64,000 nucleotides of DNA from positions 2,238 to 66,237 of the forward strand of contig CAZXUC010000018.1 of assembly GCA_964643795.1 (NCBI GenBank), written 5' to 3'. Source of the stretch: an uncultured Halobacteriales archaeon (lineage in GTDB: Archaea > Thermoplasmatota > E2 > JACPAO01 > JAHFTW01). Positions within the stretch are counted from its first letter, which is position 1. Each line of letters begins with the position of its first letter. The notes beneath the pieces were generated by a model. It was not told the DNA's origin, made no database searches, and saw only the letters and a list, made by a program, of their open reading frames with translations. The position numbers and the translations under genes were made by a program. Shown here piece by piece: positions 48,577-57,782 of the stretch.

Positions 48577-49638
48577 TCAGACCAAGCGGAGGAAGTCATC
48601 GACCGCCGCGCCGGGGCCGGCCACTTTCTTGGAGGGCATTTGCTGGCTCAAGCAGTGGATGGCACCCATCCCCCAGACTAAGTCTTGGCAAGGCAGCTTA
48701 ACGACGGGGCGGTCCTTGAAGCACTGCTGCAATCGTCGTTGCGCGATGTCGTCGGTCGGGCTTGCGAAGGTCGGCATGAGGACGGCGCCGTTCGTGATGA
48801 GGAAGTTGCCGTGGCTCGCTGGCAGGACGTTGCCTTCGTTATCGATCAGGTCCTTCGGCATCGGCAGTTCCACGATGCGAATCGACCGGTTGTGGGCGTC
48901 GGTCATGTGGCTCAACCGATGTCGGTTCTCGGCGAGGGGCTCGTAGTTGGGGTGAGCTCGGTCCTCTTCGACGCACGTGACGACGAGGCGGGGACCAACG
49001 AAGCGCGTGATGTCATCGACGTGGCCATCCGTATCGTCGCCTGCGATGCCGTCCGCGAGCCACAGGACTTTCTCGACGCCGAGGTATTCGCGCAAGTGCC
49101 TCTCGATGTCGGGCCGCGTCATGTCGTGGTTGCGGTTCTTGTTGAGCAGGCATTGTTCCGTGGTGATGAGTGTTCCTTGGCCGTCGACGTCGACGGAGCC
49201 GCCCTCCAGGACCATCTTGACGGCTGAGAGCGGGGAGCCGATTGCGTCGCCCAGTTGGTCGATGACCTTCTTGTCGCGCAAGAGTGATTCGTACTTGTTG
49301 CCCCACGCGTTGAATTCGAAGCGGACGACGATGCGGTCGCGCGTTCCCGGTTGCTTGCCGGGGCGAACGAGATAGATGGGGCCGTAATCGCGGATCCACG
49401 AGTCCTGATGGTTGACGGCGTGGAACTTGACGTTCTTGATTCCCTCGGCCTTGACGGCCTTGCTTGCGGCGGCTTCGAGGTCGGGGTGGACGACGAGGTC
49501 GACGCGTTGGTGCGGCGTGATTGCCTTCATCGCTGCTAGGAATGTTGCGCGCGCCAACGCAACGCGGTCCGGCCACGTCACTGGGTCGCGGGGCCAGACG
49601 AGCCAGACGGATTCCTGCGGCTCCCATTCGGCTGGCAT
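48577..49638 (-). CDS. aguA: Agmatine deiminase.
   Basis: MPAEWEPQESVWLVWP N-terminus. Catalytic-Cys C-terminal region (GAIHC). ATG at 49638 in ORF 48577..49704. Confidence 0.9.
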   Translation of the reverse strand: MPAEWEPQESVWLVWPRDPVTWPDRVALARATFLAAMKAITPHQRVDLVVHPDLEAAASKAVKAEGIKNVKFHAVNHQDSWIRDYGPIYLVRPGKQPGTRDRIVVRFEFNAWGNKYESLLRDKKVIDQLGDAIGSPLSAVKMVLEGGSVDVDGQGTLITTEQCLLNKNRNHDMTRPDIERHLREYLGVEKVLWLADGIAGDDTDGHVDDITRFVGPRLVVTCVEEDRAHPNYEPLAENRHRLSHMTDAHNRSIRIVELPMPKDLIDNEGNVLPASHGNFLITNGAVLMPTFASPTDDIAQRRLQQCFKDRPVVKLPCQDLVWGMGAIHCLSQQMPSKKVAGPGAAVDDFLRLV

Positions 49639-49799
49639 GCGGTAGCCCTGCTCGCGCGGGGTCGGAACGGGGCCGCGCAGCGACATGTGCACGGCAGCCT
49701 TCACGCGGGCACGATTGGCGCTTGCGACTTAACGGCGCCGCAACCCGCCCCCGCCCGGACCACCTGCCCACGCACCGCACCGGGCGCTTGCGGCCGTGA

Positions 49800-51398
49800 C
49801 TAGACCGGAAGGCCAGTGATGCCCGCGATGACCGCGGCGGCCGCCGGCCCCCCGTCGGGGCAGGCTGCGACGAGAGCGCTGCGCACCGGCCAGGCCTGCG
49901 AGGCCGCCGGCAACGTCGTGGTCGCGTTGTAGTATCCCTGGGTCCAGGCGCCCCAGGCGGACTGGCGACACATGGAGTCCACCTCGAACCACGCCTTCTG
50001 GTTGCCGTTCTGGACGCTGTACCAGGTGCCGGCGGCGTACCCGGCGATGCGGTCGGCCTCGTGGGACCAGTGGTCGGTGCCCTTGTAGCGTCCCCAGTAC
50101 GTGCCATGGCCCTCCGACATGTACGTCACCTCGGTCCGGCTTGCGCCCAGCGGCAGCGCGGCGACCTGGCCGACCTGGTCGCCCTGCAGCGTGTAGTTAG
50201 CGGCCCGGAAGAGGGCCTCGCGCATCTCGTCGATCGTAAGGACACCGTCGGCCAGGGCGCACTGCGCGTTGGCCGCGCCACAACCCGCCGTGCCCCGAGC
50301 CAGCACGCCGGCGTCCTGCGTGCGGGACTCGCCCACGAGCCGGCGCAGCTGGTACAGGGCCTCCGCGTACATGCCGGCGGTGACCGGCGTCGCGTTGCTC
50401 GTGCCGCCGAACTTTCCCTCGCCGGCCACGGTCGGTCCGGCGCCGCGCGGGTAGTCCGTACCGAGGCTTGCCACGTGCACGGGCTTGCCGGTGCCCGAAT
50501 ACGAGTAGCCCTCGCCCGAGATGGCGCCGACGACAATCGTCCAGTCGTTGCCCTTGGCGTCGTTGGCGTAAGTCGACTGGGGTGCCCGGAAGTCGTTCTG
50601 CAGGCCGTTGCCGGCCGCCCAGAAGATCTGGTGGCCGCGCTCGACGGCGACGCGGCGCGCCTCGAGGTCGGCACCCGCGTTGACTGAGTCGCGCATGGTG
50701 ACGCACTGGACTGGCAGCGGCGGCACGGACGGCGTGCACTCGCCACGTAAGGTGGAGGATTCCCAGGAGTTGCTCTGCACGTCAATCCAGTCCTGCGCCG
50801 CGGCCCACTCGGAGGCCTTGTTGCCCAAGCCGTGGACGAAGACGAGGAGGCACTCGGGGCACGTGCCGTGCAGGTTGCCGACGCTCACGGTTGCGGAGCC
50901 GAGGCCGTGGCTGTCCGGCATGAAGGCGCCGTCGCCTGCGAAGTCGACGAGGCCGATGACCTTCGTGCCGGGGATGTACGCGTAGTTCACCTTGTCCGGT
51001 TCGGAGGGCTTGAGGGTGTCCCAGGCGGCCTGGTCGGCGTCGTGCAGCTCCTGCGCGAGGCGGGAGCCGTCGTCGGGGGTGAAGTTGAGGTCGAGGCGCG
51101 TGTAGCTCGCAAACGCGGAGGCTCCGGGGAAGCCGGGGACCCATTCGGCGGGGTCAGCGGTTAGGGGGAGGTCGTCGGTGGGATCGTCGTTGCCGTGCTG
51201 CGGCAGGTACTCGGAGAGGAAGTCGAAGTGGTACGGGTTGATGCCGACGTCGATGATGGCGACCACGACGACACCGTCGTGGTTTCGGTCGGACAAGGGG
51301 GAGCCGGCGGGATCGTCGCGCGGCGTGGCGCAGCCTGACAGAAGGACGCCGACGAGGGCGACGGTGAGGGCGACGGTGAGGAACCTGGTCCGCAGCAT
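49800..51398 (-). CDS. Subtilisin-like (S8) serine protease lipoprotein.
   Basis: Asp / His (HGT) / Ser (GTSNATPVTAG) triad. Lipobox signal peptide MLRTRFLTVALTVALVGVLLSGC. Confidence 0.85.
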   Translation of the reverse strand: MLRTRFLTVALTVALVGVLLSGCATPRDDPAGSPLSDRNHDGVVVVAIIDVGINPYHFDFLSEYLPQHGNDDPTDDLPLTADPAEWVPGFPGASAFASYTRLDLNFTPDDGSRLAQELHDADQAAWDTLKPSEPDKVNYAYIPGTKVIGLVDFAGDGAFMPDSHGLGSATVSVGNLHGTCPECLLVFVHGLGNKASEWAAAQDWIDVQSNSWESSTLRGECTPSVPPLPVQCVTMRDSVNAGADLEARRVAVERGHQIFWAAGNGLQNDFRAPQSTYANDAKGNDWTIVVGAISGEGYSYSGTGKPVHVASLGTDYPRGAGPTVAGEGKFGGTSNATPVTAGMYAEALYQLRRLVGESRTQDAGVLARGTAGCGAANAQCALADGVLTIDEMREALFRAANYTLQGDQVGQVAALPLGASRTEVTYMSEGHGTYWGRYKGTDHWSHEADRIAGYAAGTWYSVQNGNQKAWFEVDSMCRQSAWGAWTQGYYNATTTLPAASQAWPVRSALVAACPDGGPAAAAVIAGITGLPV

Positions 51399-51531
51399 GC
51401 GCCGGACGTGGCGGGGCGGATTGAAAGTGTTGCGGTGGCCGGGGCGAGCGCCGTCCGGCACGTCGCGCCGGCTGCTTCGAACGCGATTGCCCCCCGGAAA
51501 TGCCCATGAAGTCGCCGGGCGTGCCTTTCCC

Positions 51532-51852
51532 ATGGCCTACGACGAGGGTCTTGCCGAACGTATCCGCGAGCTCTTGCCCAAGGCGACCGAGAAACGCATG
51601 TTCGGTGGCGTCGGCTTCATGGAGCGCGGCAACCTCGTGGTGGGAGTCCTGGGCGACGAAATGATTGCCCGCGTCGGTCCCGATGACACGGCGGCGGCCC
51701 TCAAGGAGGATGGGGTTCGCACCTTCGACTTCACCGGGAAAACGATGAAGGGCTGGGTCGTCGTCGCGCAAGAAGTCCTGCCGGAAGAGGAAGAGCTCCT
51801 AGCGTGGGTGCAACGCTGCCAGAATTTTGCCCGCACGCTGCCTGCCAAGTGA
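51532..51852 (+). CDS. TfoX N-terminal-domain protein.
   Basis: ATG at 51532 in ORF 51178..51852. MAYDEGLAERIRELL...RMFGGVGFM matches the TfoX_N fold. Confidence 0.75.
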   Translation: MAYDEGLAERIRELLPKATEKRMFGGVGFMERGNLVVGVLGDEMIARVGPDDTAAALKEDGVRTFDFTGKTMKGWVVVAQEVLPEEEELLAWVQRCQNFARTLPAK

Positions 51853-51858
51853 CTGTGC

Positions 51859-52068
51859 CTAGGGGGTCGGCGTCGGCACCATCGCCTTCCCGCAGTCAGC
51901 GCAGAACGTCGCGGATTCGGCCTGCAGTTTCTGCATGCGCTCCCTTGGCTTCAGGGGGAAGTTGGTCGCCGTATACGCCAAGGCCAGCGACGCCAAGGCC
52001 AAGCCCATCGTCGCGTAGCGGATGAGGGCCAGCCCTCCTGAGCTGACCATGCTGCCAGCGCCGAGCAT
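51859..52068 (-). CDS. Possible small membrane protein with a C-terminal CxxC.
   Basis: 69-aa ORF. TM segment then FCADCGK. Confidence 0.3.
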   Translation of the reverse strand: MLGAGSMVSSGGLALIRYATMGLALASLALAYTATNFPLKPRERMQKLQAESATFCADCGKAMVPTPTP

Positions 52069-52117
52069 GCAGCGGGACCGGCTGGCCGCTAGATGAAGGC
52101 TGGAGGCTGGCTTGGGC

Positions 52118-52346
52118 TCGACATGCGCCTCGGAGCCTTCCTGGCCGAGGGAGCACCATCATCGCGCTGCGCGAGGACAGCAAGGCCCGTGTCGTCAACA
52201 AGAACCACTTCGAGGAAGCGTTCCGCAGCGTCTGCATCTCCGTCACGGAAGAGGTCATCAAGTACTACGACCGCCTCGCCGAGCAGCTCGGCCAGACCAC
52301 CGTCAAGAAGGTCGCGACGGGCGGGGGCGGAATGGAGTTCCTTTAA
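52118..52346 (+). pseudogene. C-terminal fragment of a Cdc48/VAT-type AAA ATPase (last 65-75 aa only).
   Basis: Third-frame translation STIIALREDSKARVVNKNHFEEAFRSVCISVTEEVIKYYDRLAEQLG...MEFL* matches a Cdc48 C-terminus. No upstream ATPase body. Confidence 0.6.
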
Positions 52347-52416
52347 GGGACTGCGGTCCCAGCGGCGGGCCGTTGCGGCCGTCAAAGCTGATATCCTATC
52401 CAAGAATGGTTCTGCC

Positions 52417-53919
52417 GTGAGCGGCAGGACACGGAGGCACCGGGAGCCGGAGGCCCCGCAACCCTTCCGGCCACGCCGCGGCATCGACCTCGCGCTCCTG
52501 GGCATCCTGCTCGTCGGCATTCTCCTGCGCCTGCCGCACGCCACGGACGAGGACGGCTACTTCAAGGACTACGCCGACGAGGCGACCTACTTCACTACCG
52601 GCTACGCGCACTACCGCGGCGGCCCCGATTTCCCCTTGCCCCATGGTGGGTCAGGCCTGCCGCTCGCGCTCGAGTTCGTGCTGTGGGTCTCGGGCGTCCC
52701 AGGCGGCGACCCCGTGCCACAGCCCCATGCCGACGCAAGCTACCAGCTGACCCCGGACCAGGTGCACGCCGCACACCTCGCCTACGCCATGACCTTGGGC
52801 TTCAACCTCCTCTTCATCCTGGGCGTCTTCGCTTTGGCGGCCGGCTTGCTGGGGCGCGACAACCCTTGGTCGCTCCTGCCGCCTGCCCTCGTGGCCGTGG
52901 CGCCATACCAAGTGACGTCTAACATGCGCTTCCTCTCGGAGCCGCTGTACGCGGCCTTGGTCTGCTTCGCCATCGTGTTCGTCCTCAAGGCGAAGAAGGA
53001 TCTGGCCTACCTGTACGCCGCCGCCTTGTGCATGGCCGGTGCCCACCTGCTGCGCGTGACCGGCCTCTTCCTCATGGCCGCCCTCGCCTTGTTCGCCTGG
53101 TTCTTCCTGCGCAACCCGTACGCCACGCGGCAGAAGCACCATTGGCACGTGCTGGGATCCGTCGCCGTCTTCTTCCTGGTCTGCACGCCTTACCTGGACT
53201 GGCGCGCGGAATCGCTGCCCGGCCCCTTCGACTACGGGGTGAACGGCCGCTATTGGACCGACAACCAGTGGGATTTCTCGGACCAGTACTGGCAGACCTA
53301 CACGCCCAAGACCGGGGGCGAGAAGGAGACCATGTCCGACTACTTCGAGTCGCACAGCGTCGGCCATGCCGCCGAACGCCTGTGGCATAGCCTGTGGTGG
53401 CCCCTGCGCGACACCTTCAGCCTAAGCCCGGGATCGGAGCCCGACAAAGTCTTCTCAGGCCTGGAGACCGCGGCGGTCGCTGCGGCCTTCGGGTGGGGGC
53501 TGAGCAGGGGAAGCATCCCCGCCGGGCAGCGGTGGCTCTCGTTGACCATGTTCCTGAGCACCAACCTTCCCGTCGTCTGGGTCTACCCGACGGCCATCAA
53601 CCCGCGTTTCTTCCTGCTCCTGGCACCTATCGCCTTCGTGGTGGTCGCCGGCCAGGTCCAGGCCATCCCGCGGCCCCGCCTGCGCCTTGCCGTGGGCCTT
53701 GCGCTCCCGCTCGCCGTGCTCGGCGTGTACACGCTGCGGGTCGCGATGCCCGGCCCGGCGGTCGCCCATTGGCTTACCATGGGAGGGTGGGCGCTGTTCT
53801 GGGGCTCGTGGCCCGTCCTTGCCTGGGGCATCCTGCGCGGCCGCACGCACTGGATGGCCCGCAAGCTGCCGCCCCCGGGGCAACCGGCGGGCGCAGTCCC
53901 CGAAGCGACCGTGGCGTAA
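52417..53919 (+). CDS. GT39/GT-C family glycosyltransferase (ArnT/PMT-like multi-TM protein).
   Basis: About 500 aa, polytopic. GTG at 52417 preceded by the AT-rich aaagctgatatcctat. Paralog of 57783..59360. Confidence 0.75.
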   Translation: MSGRTRRHREPEAPQPFRPRRGIDLALLGILLVGILLRLPHATDEDGYFKDYADEATYFTTGYAHYRGGPDFPLPHGGSGLPLALEFVLWVSGVPGGDPVPQPHADASYQLTPDQVHAAHLAYAMTLGFNLLFILGVFALAAGLLGRDNPWSLLPPALVAVAPYQVTSNMRFLSEPLYAALVCFAIVFVLKAKKDLAYLYAAALCMAGAHLLRVTGLFLMAALALFAWFFLRNPYATRQKHHWHVLGSVAVFFLVCTPYLDWRAESLPGPFDYGVNGRYWTDNQWDFSDQYWQTYTPKTGGEKETMSDYFESHSVGHAAERLWHSLWWPLRDTFSLSPGSEPDKVFSGLETAAVAAAFGWGLSRGSIPAGQRWLSLTMFLSTNLPVVWVYPTAINPRFFLLLAPIAFVVVAGQVQAIPRPRLRLAVGLALPLAVLGVYTLRVAMPGPAVAHWLTMGGWALFWGSWPVLAWGILRGRTHWMARKLPPPGQPAGAVPEATVA

Positions 53920-54029
53920 CGCCCCGGCGTGTTCTGGCTCGCACCATTATTTCCCCTGGACCACTCGAAGGGCTGGGTGCACTGAATGAAGGTCTTCGAG
54001 TCCGAGCTGCGTGGCGGCGTCTTCGTGCG

Positions 54030-54275
54030 GCCGTGCTGACATGCGCGCCCAACGCGCGCGACGAGCGCCAAGCCGCCTACGAAGAATTCGGGGCCCACAT
54101 CTGGAAAACCGTCCTTGACGACGTTGAATTCCCCGACTTCGACGACAAACTCACCTACCTCCAAAACGGCCGCGGCGACTGGACCCGATGCGTCCTGCAC
54201 CCCGGCATGTCCGCCACCAACAACCCCGCCGAACAAGCCCTACGGGAACACGTCACAGCTACACGGATTGAATCC
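54030..54275 (+). mobile_element. IS66-family transposase C-terminal remnant.
   Basis: In-frame segment ...DWTRCVLHPGMSATNNPAEQALREHV... carries the NNxAExALR motif of IS66 TnpC. No DDE core and no IRs. Confidence 0.5.
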
Positions 54276-54356
54276 CCAAAGGCAAAGAGGGCGACCTTTG
54301 TCGGTGCGCACGTGCCCCGACCCGCCAAGCGTCCCGCGCAGGAGGCCGAACGTCCC

Positions 54357-55439
54357 GTGCAGGCCAACGGCCCCACCGCGGGCGGCAAGGACCTCACGAA
54401 GCCGGCGTTCCGTTCCTACCTTGTCACGGGGGGTGCCGGCTTCCTCGGCCAAGCCATCGTCCCCCGCTTGCTGGCTGGCGGGGCGCGCGTGCGCGTGCTC
54501 GACACCGCGCGCATCCCGTCCGAGTGGGAAGGGCAGGTCGAGGGCATCATCGGCGACATCCGGGACGCGGCCGCGGTCGAGGCGGCCGCCGCCGGCATGG
54601 AGTGCGTCCTGCACGGCGCCGCCGCCTTGCCCATCCACCGTTCGGCCAAACTGATCCACGGCGTCAACGTCGACGGGACGAGGAACCTGCTCGATGCCGC
54701 CGTGCGGCATCGCGCGAAATCATTCGTCTTCGTCTCCTCGACGGCCGTGTACGGCCTGCACAAGGAGCACCCCATCACGGAGGAGAACCGCATGATTCCC
54801 GTGGGACCATACGGCGAATCCAAGGTCAAGGCGGAACTCGTGTGCCAGTCCTTCCGCGACCGCCTGCACGTCGCCATCGTCCGGCCGAAGACGTTCCTCG
54901 GCCAAGGCCGCCTCGGCGTCTTCGAGATCCTCTTCGACTGGATCCATGACGGCAAGCGCATCCCCATGATCGGCAAGGGGCACAACAAGTACCAGCTCCT
55001 GGACGTCGAGGACCTCGTCGATGCCATACTCATCACCAGCGCCCACCCCAAGGGCTCCGACACGTTCAACGTCGCCGCGAACGAGTTCGGCACGTTGCGC
55101 GAGGACCTGACCCCCCTGTTCAAGGCCGCAGGGCATGAGCCACGGTTTTTGCCGACGCCGCGCCGCACCACCATCAGCGCCCTCTGGGTCCTGGACAAGC
55201 TGCGCCTCAGCCCGCTCACGAAGTGGCACTACGGCACGATGTCGAGCGACTCCTACGTCGAGACCGACAAGGCGCAACGCATTCTCGGCTGGACCCCCAA
55301 GCGCAGCAACCAGGACACCCTGCTCGCCGCCTACACGTGGTACCACGCGCACCGCGATGAAGTCAAGGCCCAAGTCGGCACGACGCACACCGTGCCCTGG
55401 AACCAGAAGATCCTGAAAGTGTTCAAGCGTCTGGCCTGA
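54357..55439 (+). CDS. NAD-dependent epimerase/dehydratase (SDR family).
   Basis: GGAGFLG Rossmann motif and YxxxK (YGESK). GTG at 54357 with GGAGG 12 nt upstream. The N-terminal part of ORF 53394..55439 is the IS remnant. Confidence 0.85.
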   Translation: MQANGPTAGGKDLTKPAFRSYLVTGGAGFLGQAIVPRLLAGGARVRVLDTARIPSEWEGQVEGIIGDIRDAAAVEAAAAGMECVLHGAAALPIHRSAKLIHGVNVDGTRNLLDAAVRHRAKSFVFVSSTAVYGLHKEHPITEENRMIPVGPYGESKVKAELVCQSFRDRLHVAIVRPKTFLGQGRLGVFEILFDWIHDGKRIPMIGKGHNKYQLLDVEDLVDAILITSAHPKGSDTFNVAANEFGTLREDLTPLFKAAGHEPRFLPTPRRTTISALWVLDKLRLSPLTKWHYGTMSSDSYVETDKAQRILGWTPKRSNQDTLLAAYTWYHAHRDEVKAQVGTTHTVPWNQKILKVFKRLA

Positions 55440-55620
55440 CCCCACGGACCTTGAGGCCAGGCGCGGCTGAATCAGCTCAATTGCAGGGAGACACGCAAAA
55501 CGTGTCCTTGCAATTGAGAGATTCAACCGTCTGCCCCCAAGATTTTCTGCTCAATCCGAGGCCCCCAACCGTTCGCCAACCAATGCAAAACCATGAAGGG
55601 CGCCAGGCCGTGGCCAATGT

Positions 55621-56610
55621 GTGCGTGACGAGCTTAGCGTCCAGGAGGCAGTACAGCCCCCGCGCCGACGTGTCAAGGCATCAGCCGTCCTCGCCGCCGT
55701 CGCCGTCGTCGTGCTCGCCGTCGCCCTGTGGCGCAGCGACCCCCGCGCCGCCGCCCGCGAGCTGGTTCGGGTCCCCCTTGGCCACATCGGCCTCGTCGTG
55801 GTCCTCGTCCTCGTCGCGTACGCCTTGCGCTTCGCCAAGTGGCACCTGTTCCTGCGCCGCCTCGGCACAGAGGTCCCTTTGGGGCGCAGTGCGGCCATCT
55901 TCACAAGCGGCCTCCTCATGGTCGTCACGCCCGCCAAGGTCGGCGAGGTGTGGAAGGCCCTCGCACTGAAGGAAACGGACGGCATCCCTGTCGCGCGCGG
56001 CCTGGGCGCCGTCGCCCTCGAACGGCTGACGGACCTTGCCGCCGTGGGCGCCCTCGCGCTTCTTGGCGCCGCCGCCCTGGGGCTTGCCCCCTGGCTCGCA
56101 GCGGGGGCCATGCTGGCCTTCACCGCCGGGGTCCTTCTCCTGCGCTGGCGCCGCCCTTGGCTCGCCCTCCTCGCGCGCCTCGAGGCCAGGCACCCCGGCT
56201 CGCGGCCCGTCGCGTTCCTGCATGCGCTCTACCTAGACACTGCGAGCCTGCTGTCCTGGTCAACCCTCGGCATCGGCGCGGTGCTTGGGCTGGTCGCGTG
56301 GGCGCTGGAGGGCCTTGCCTTGTGGGTCATCCTCGACGGCCTCGGCGTCGATGCGTCCCCCGTCTGGGCGATCGGGGTGTTCTCGGTTGGCACGCTCGCG
56401 GGCGGCCTCAGCGTCCTGCCCGGGGGCGTCGGCACCGCGGAGGCGGGGATGATCGCGCTCCTCGTCGCTGGCGGCGTCGCCTCATCGACGGCGTTCGCCG
56501 CGACGCTCCTTGTGCGCGTGCTCACGCTGGGTTTCGGGGCGACGTTGGGTGGCGTATGCTATGGCTTGTGGTCATGGCGGCGCCGCGTGGCCCTGGTTCC
56601 CTCCGCGTAA
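55621..56610 (+). CDS. Lysylphosphatidylglycerol-synthase-TM / flippase-like membrane protein (UPF0104-like).
   Basis: About 8 TM segments. Pattern typical of PF03706 proteins that accompany GT clusters. Confidence 0.65.
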   Translation: MRDELSVQEAVQPPRRRVKASAVLAAVAVVVLAVALWRSDPRAAARELVRVPLGHIGLVVVLVLVAYALRFAKWHLFLRRLGTEVPLGRSAAIFTSGLLMVVTPAKVGEVWKALALKETDGIPVARGLGAVALERLTDLAAVGALALLGAAALGLAPWLAAGAMLAFTAGVLLLRWRRPWLALLARLEARHPGSRPVAFLHALYLDTASLLSWSTLGIGAVLGLVAWALEGLALWVILDGLGVDASPVWAIGVFSVGTLAGGLSVLPGGVGTAEAGMIALLVAGGVASSTAFAATLLVRVLTLGFGATLGGVCYGLWSWRRRVALVPSA

Positions 56611-56677
56611 GGGCACGGTCGCGGTGGCGGCCCCCCACATGCGCGCCATGTCACGGAATCGCGGGGAGGACGCAAAT

Positions 56678-57547
56678 CTAGCCGAGGGCATGCAGCCACT
56701 CGTATCCCGCCTGCGGCCACCCCGCCTTCACGGCCACAATCATGGCAAGCCACAGCACCGCGTTGACGACGGTCGCGCGGTCCTTGAACACCATCTCCGC
56801 CTCATCGCCGAGGTCGCGGCGGTGCACGAGCCACGAGTAGCGGAAGACGCCGTAGATGGCGAAGGGGATGGTGAACATCATCCACGCGTCGGTGCCGAAG
56901 AAGGTGTACAGGCTGTACGCCATCAAGAGCAGCGTCGTGCTGGTCTGCATGGCCTGCTCGACGAACGGCACCGTGTATGCGCCCAGGCTGGGGCGGCTCT
57001 CGAGCGCCTTGGGGTCGTCCTGGACCAGCAGGAGCTCGTGGCGCCGCTTGGCCAGCGCGAGGTAGAGGGCGAAGAGGAACGTGCAGACGATGAGCCACTC
57101 CGTAGAGGGAACGTCGATGGCCGCGGAGCCCGCCAAGGCGCGCACGACGAAGCCGATAGCCACGGCGATGGCATCCCACAGGACGAGGCGTTTGAGCAAG
57201 CCATTGTACAGCACTTGCAGCAGCAGGTAGGCCATGCCGAGCACGATGGAGAGCGGGCCGAGCCACCACAACGCGGCGAGGGCAGCGACGGCGAGAAGCA
57301 AGCAGAGGGCGACGCCGGTGGCGGGTGAGACCTTGCCGGACGCGATGGGGCGCGCCTTCTTGCGCGGATGCATGCGGTCGCGGTCGGCATCGACGACGTC
57401 GTTGGCCGCGTACACCGACGCGGACAGCGCGCAGAACGCAGCGAAGCAGAGGAGGATCGGCGGCCAGAGCGTCGTGTTGCTGGCGTTGCCGGAGAACAGG
57501 AGGGGAATGAAGACGACGAGGTTCTTGTACCACTGGCGGGGCCGCAT
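56678..57547 (-). CDS. UbiA-family prenyltransferase, DPPR-synthase-like (decaprenyl-phosphate phosphoribosyltransferase).
   Basis: QWYKN..., ANDVVDADRDRMHPRKKARPIASG Asp-rich motifs. ATG at 57547 in ORF 56678..57955. Confidence 0.8.
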   Translation of the reverse strand: MRPRQWYKNLVVFIPLLFSGNASNTTLWPPILLCFAAFCALSASVYAANDVVDADRDRMHPRKKARPIASGKVSPATGVALCLLLAVAALAALWWLGPLSIVLGMAYLLLQVLYNGLLKRLVLWDAIAVAIGFVVRALAGSAAIDVPSTEWLIVCTFLFALYLALAKRRHELLLVQDDPKALESRPSLGAYTVPFVEQAMQTSTTLLLMAYSLYTFFGTDAWMMFTIPFAIYGVFRYSWLVHRRDLGDEAEMVFKDRATVVNAVLWLAMIVAVKAGWPQAGYEWLHALG

Positions 57548-57782
57548 CAGGCGCAGCAACGGAGGCAGGCCGCTCAACGACGCTCCAGCGGCGGCGCGTT
57601 TGAAAGGCTGACTGGTCGCGCGCTGACCATGCCGTTCTCCCGTGAAGCGTCTACAAGGGGTCCGATTGCGCCGGGCGCGGGGGCCGGTTGGAAGCCGCTT
57701 GACGCGGGTAGCTTCTTGATGGCCTCCATGGCGTCGTGGATGGCCTTGGGCCGCGGAGGCCCGCGCGGACAGCGACAGGCTC

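Noticed and set aside
49013-50107. 364-aa and other long Arg/Pro-rich ORFs overlapping aguA and the S8 protease.
   Set aside because: High-GC shadow frames. The real genes are on the same or opposite strand with clear domain signatures.
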